Shown here: one piece after another, positions 58,893-64,000 of the stretch
Layout of the letters: each line of letters begins with the position of its first letter
Numbering within the stretch: position 1 is the first letter of the stretch
Assembly: GCA_964057225.1 (NCBI GenBank)
Contig: OZ059899.1
Coordinates: 434,001 to 498,000, forward strand
DNA: 64,000 bases
Origin: Auanema rhodensis
Taxonomy: Eukaryota > Animalia > Nematoda
Direction: 5' to 3'
Program-made: the position numbers and the translations under genes
Notes under the pieces: model-generated
Seen by the model: only the letters and a program-made list of their open reading frames with translations
Databases searched by the model: none
What the model was told of the DNA's origin: nothing

Positions 58893-60833
58893 ACGTGTAC
58901 ATTTAATTAGCATAAATTAAAGTTCACGTAAATTTCAAAGTCATGGTTACCATGCACCAATATCAATAAAAATTTGTTTTTAGACTAATATGGACATGGG
59001 GAATCTAATTTTGAAAACCGCATCTCTTCATCTTTCACGTGAAGCGAGTTACATACCAAGTGCACATCACGTGTACATTTAATTAGCATAAATTAAAGTT
59101 CACGTAAATTTCAAAGTCATGGTTACCATGCACCAATATCAATAAAAATTTGTTTTTAGACTAATATGGACATGGGGAATCTAATTTTGAAAACCGCATC
59201 TCTTTATTTTTCACGTGAAGCGAGTTACATACCAAGTGCACATCACGTGTACATTTAATTAGCATAAATTAAAGTTCACGTAAATTTCAAAGTCATGGTT
59301 ACCAAGCACCAATATCAATAAAAATTTGTTTTTAGACTAATATGGACATGGGGAATCTAATTTTGAAAACCGCATCTCTTTATCTTTCACGTGAAGCGAG
59401 TTACATACCAAGGGCACATCACGTGTACATTTAATTAGCATAAATTAAAGTTCACGTAAATTTCAAAGTCATGGTTACCATGCACCAATATCAATAAAAA
59501 TTTGTTTTTAGACTAATATGGACATGGGGAATCTAATTTTGAAAACCGCATCTCTTTATCTTTCACGTGAAGCGAGTTACATACCAAGTGCACATCACGT
59601 GTACATTTAATTAGCATAAATTAAAGTTCACGTAAATTTCAAAGTCATGGTTACCATGAACCAATATCAATAAAAATTTGTTTTTATACTAATATGGACA
59701 TGGGGAATCTAATTTTGAAAACCGCATCTCTTTATCGTTCACGTGAAGCGAGTTACATACCAAGTGCACATCACGTGTACATTTAATTAGCATAAATTAA
59801 AGTTCACGTAAATTTCAAAGTCATGGTTACCATGCACCAATATCAATAAAAATTTGTTTTTAGACTAATATGGACATGGGGAATCTAATTTTGGAAACCG
59901 CATCTCTTTATCTTTCACGTGAAGCGAGTTACATACCAAGAGCACATCACGTGTACATTTAATTAGCATAAATTGAAGTTCACGTAAATTTCAAAGTCAT
60001 GGTTACCATGAACCAATATCAATAAAAATATGTTTTTAGACTAATATGGACATGGGGAATCTAATTTTGAAAACCGCATCTCTTTATCTTTCACGTGAAG
60101 CGAGTTACATACCAAGTGCACATCACGTGTACATTTAATTAGCATAAATTAAAGTTCACGTAAATTTCAAAGTCATGGTTACCATGCACCAATATCAATA
60201 AAAATTTGTTTTTAGACTAATATGGACATGGGGAATCTAATTTTGAAAACCGCATCTCTTTATCTTTCACGTGAAGCGAGTTACATACCAAGTGCACATC
60301 ACGTGTACATTTAATTAGCATAAATTGAAGTTCACGTAAATTTCAAAGTCATGGTTACCATGAACCAATATCAATAAAAATTTGTTTTTAGACTAATATG
60401 GACATGGGGAATCTAATTTTGAAAACCGCATCTCTTTATCTTTCACGTGAAGCGAGTTACATACCAAGTACACATCACGTGTACATTTAATTAGCATAAA
60501 TTAAAGTTCACGTAAATTTCAAAGTCATGGTTACCATGCACCAATATCAATAAAAATTTGTTTTTAGACTAATATGGACATGGGGAATCTAATTTTGAAA
60601 ACCGCATCTCTTTATCTTTCACGTGAAGCGAGTTACATACCAAGTGCACATCACGTGTACATTTAATTAGCATAAATTAAAGTTCACGTAAATTTCAAAG
60701 TCATGGTTACCATGCACCAATATCAATAAAAATTTGTTTTTAGACTAATATGGACATGGGGAATCTAATTCTGAAAACCGCATCTCTTTATCTTTCACGT
60801 GAAGCGAGTTACATACCAAGTGCACATCACGTG

Positions 60834-61031
60834 AACCTTATAACCTGTGATTCGAACTTATAACCTGTGATTCGAACTATAACCTGTGATTCGAACCTAT
60901 AACCTGTGATTCGAACGTATAACCTGTGATTCGAACGTATAACCTGTGATTCGAACTTATAACCTGTGATTCGAACTTATAACCTGTGATTCGAACTTAT
61001 AACCTGTGATTCGAACAATGAACCCGTTCAA
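60834..61031. repeat. 198-bp inserted cassette, copy 7 (tail variant AATGAACCC)
   Basis: Same site; 2139 bp after copy 6; A>G at 61020. Confidence 0.97.
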
Positions 61032-62268
61032 ACGTGTACATTTAATTAGCATAAATTAAAGTTCACGTAAATTTCAAAGTCATGGTTACCATGCACCAAT
61101 ATCAATAAAAATTTGTTTTTAGACTAATATGGACATGGGGAATCTAATTTTGAAAACCGCATCTCTTCATCTTTCACGTGAAGCGAGTTACATACCAAGT
61201 GCACATCACGTGTACATTTAATTAGCATAAATTAAAGTTCACGTAAATTTCAAAGTCATGGTTACCATGCACCAATATCAATAAAAATTTGTTTTTAGAC
61301 TAATATGGACATGGGGAATCTAATTTTGGAAACCGCATCTCTTTATCTTTCACGTGAAGCGAGTTACATACCAAGAGCACATCACGTGTACATTTAATTA
61401 GCATAAATTGAAGTTCACGTAAATTTCAAAGTCATGGTTACCATGAACCAATATCAATAAAAATATGTTTTTAGACTAATATGGACATGGGGAATCTAAT
61501 TTTGAAAACCGCATCTCTTTATCTTTCACGTGAAGCGAGTTACATACCAAGGGCACATCACGTGTACATTTAATTAGCATAAATTAAAGTTCACGTAAAT
61601 TTCAAAGTCATGGTTACCATGCACCAATATCAATAAAAATTTGTTTTTAGACTAATATGGACATGGGGAATCTAATTTTGAAAACCGCATCTCTTTATCT
61701 TTCACGTGAAGCGAGTTACATACCAAGTGCACATCACGTGTACATTTAATTAGCATAAATTAAAGTTCACGTAAATTTCAAAGTCATGGTTACCATGAAC
61801 CAATATCAATAAAAATTTGTTTTTAGACTAATATGGACATGGGGAATCTAATTTTGAAAACCGCATCTCTTTATCGTTCACGTGAAGCGAGTTACATACC
61901 AAGTGCACATCACGTGTACATTTAATTAGCATAAATTAAAGTTCACGTAAATTTCAAAGTCATGGTTACCATGCACCAATATCAATAAAAATTTGTTTTT
62001 AGACTAATATGGACATGGGGAATCTAATTTTGAAAACCGCATCTCTTTATCTTTCACGTGAAGCGAGTTACATACCAAGAGCACATCACGTGTACATTTA
62101 ATTAGCATAAATTGAAGTTCACGTAAATTTCAAAGTCATGGTTACCATGCACCAATATCAATAAAAATTTGTTTTTAGACTAATATGGACATGGGGAATC
62201 TAATTCTGAAAACCGCATCTCTTTATCTTTCACGTGAAGCGAGTTACATACCAAGTGCACATCACGTG

Positions 62269-62466
62269 AACCTTATAACCTGTGATTCGAACTTATAACC
62301 TGTGATTCGAACTATAACCTGTGATTCGAACCTATAACCTGTGATTCGAACGTATAACCTGTGATTCGAACGTATAACCTGTGATTCGAACTTATAACCT
62401 GTGATTCGAACTTATAACCTGTGATTCGAACTTATAACCTGTGATTCGAACAATGAACCCGTTCAA
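62269..62466. repeat. 198-bp inserted cassette, copy 8 (tail variant AATGAACCC)
   Basis: Same site; 1435 bp (7 monomers + 203) after copy 7; A>G at 62455. Confidence 0.97.
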
Positions 62467-63703
62467 ACGTGTACATTTAATTAGCATAAATTAAAGTTCA
62501 CGTAAATTTCAAAGTCATGGTTACCATGCACCAATATCAATAAAAATTTGTTTTTAGACTAATATGGACATGGGGAATCTAATTTTGAAAACCGCATCTC
62601 TTCATCTTTCACGTGAAGCGAGTTACATACCAAGTGCACATCACGTGTACATTTAATTAGCATAAATTAAAGTTCACGTAAATTTCAAAGTCATGGTTAC
62701 CATGCACCAATATCAATAAAAATTTGTTTTTAGACTAATATGGACATGGGGAATCTAATTTTGGAAACCGCATCTCTTTATCTTTCACGTGAAGCGAGTT
62801 ACATACCAAGAGCACATCACGTGTACATTTAATTAGCATAAATTGAAGTTCACGTAAATTTCAAAGTCATGGTTACCATGAACCAATATCAATAAAAATA
62901 TGTTTTTAGACTAATATGGACATGGGGAATCTAATTTTGAAAACCGCATCTCTTTATCTTTCACGTGAAGCGAGTTACATACCAAGGGCACATCACGTGT
63001 ACATTTAATTAGCATAAATTAAAGTTCACGTAAATTTCAAAGTCATGGTTACCATGCACCAATATCAATAAAAATTTGTTTTTAGACTAATATGGACATG
63101 GGGAATCTAATTTTGAAAACCGCATCTCTTTATCTTTCACGTGAAGCGAGTTACATACCAAGTGCACATCACGTGTACATTTAATTAGCATAAATTAAAG
63201 TTCACGTAAATTTCAAAGTCATGGTTACCATGAACCAATATCAATAAAAATTTGTTTTTAGACTAATATGGACATGGGGAATCTAATTTTGAAAACCGCA
63301 TCTCTTTATCGTTCACGTGAAGCGAGTTACATACCAAGTGCACATCACGTGTACATTTAATTAGCATAAATTAAAGTTCACGTAAATTTCAAAGTCATGG
63401 TTACCATGCACCAATATCAATAAAAATTTGTTTTTAGACTAATATGGACATGGGGAATCTAATTTTGAAAACCGCATCTCTTTATCTTTCACGTGAAGCG
63501 AGTTACATACCAAGAGCACATCACGTGTACATTTAATTAGCATAAATTGAAGTTCACGTAAATTTCAAAGTCATGGTTACCATGCACCAATATCAATAAA
63601 AATTTGTTTTTAGACTAATATGGACATGGGGAATCTAATTCTGAAAACCGCATCTCTTTATCTTTCACGTGAAGCGAGTTACATACCAAGTGCACATCAC
63701 GTG

Positions 63704-63901
63704 AACCTTATAACCTGTGATTCGAACTTATAACCTGTGATTCGAACTATAACCTGTGATTCGAACCTATAACCTGTGATTCGAACGTATAACCTGTGAT
63801 TCGAACGTATAACCTGTGATTCGAACTTATAACCTGTGATTCGAACTTATAACCTGTGATTCGAACTTATAACCTGTGATTCGAACAATGAACCCGTTCA
63901 A
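63704..63901. repeat. 198-bp inserted cassette, copy 9 (tail variant AATGAACCC)
   Basis: Same site; 1435 bp after copy 8; A>G at 63890. Confidence 0.97.
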
Positions 63902-64000
63902 ACGTGTACATTTAATTAGCATAAATTAAAGTTCACGTAAATTTCAAAGTCATGGTTACCATGCACCAATATCAATAAAAATTTGTTTTTAGACTAATAT

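Larger units (their letters stand above)
1..64000. repeat. Tandem satellite array of 176-bp monomers (~353 copies, head-to-tail), centromere/heterochromatin-like
   Basis: Monomer TTACCATG(C/A)ACCAATATC...TTTCAAAGTCATGG recurs every 176 bp. TTACC starts at 1, 177, 2641 ... 46641 (=1+265x176) and at 63956 (=1+353x176+9x203). About 33% GC counted by hand. The centromeric role is inferred only from unit size and homogeneity. Confidence 0.99.
60710..64000. repeat. Cassette-bearing HOR, 1435-bp period (7 monomers + 203 bp)
   Basis: Cassettes at 60834, 62269 and 63704 share the AATG tail variant and the linked AATTCTGAAA variant at 60771, 62206 and 63641. Confidence 0.9.

Noticed and set aside
1-64000. 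Protein-coding ORFs in the monomer or cassette
   Set aside because: Both strands carry frequent stop codons, the 176-bp and 20-bp periods shift frame each unit, and nothing resembles a gene.

Overview
The whole window is one head-to-tail tandem satellite array with no genes. It holds about 353 copies of an AT-rich (~33% GC) 176-bp monomer, all in the same orientation, differing only by a small set of recurrent substitutions and showing no net indels. Unit length, homogeneity and higher-order repeats (HORs) resemble a eukaryotic centromeric or heterochromatic satellite, but I do not recognise the family or the organism. The only non-satellite DNA is a 198-bp cassette, flanked by a duplicated ACGTG, that occurs 9 times from 46,768 onward, always at the same position in the monomer. 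It consists of nine invariant 19-nt units (TATAACCTGTGATTCGAAC) preceded by a single variable base (T,T,none,C,G,G,T,T,T), plus a short degenerate tail. All variation between units sits at that junction base. This suggests iterative copying of a short template with non-templated addition (telomerase-, RT- or Pol theta-like) at a quasi-palindromic site, followed by spread within 7- to 19-monomer HORs. The structure is read directly from the sequence; the mechanism is inference.
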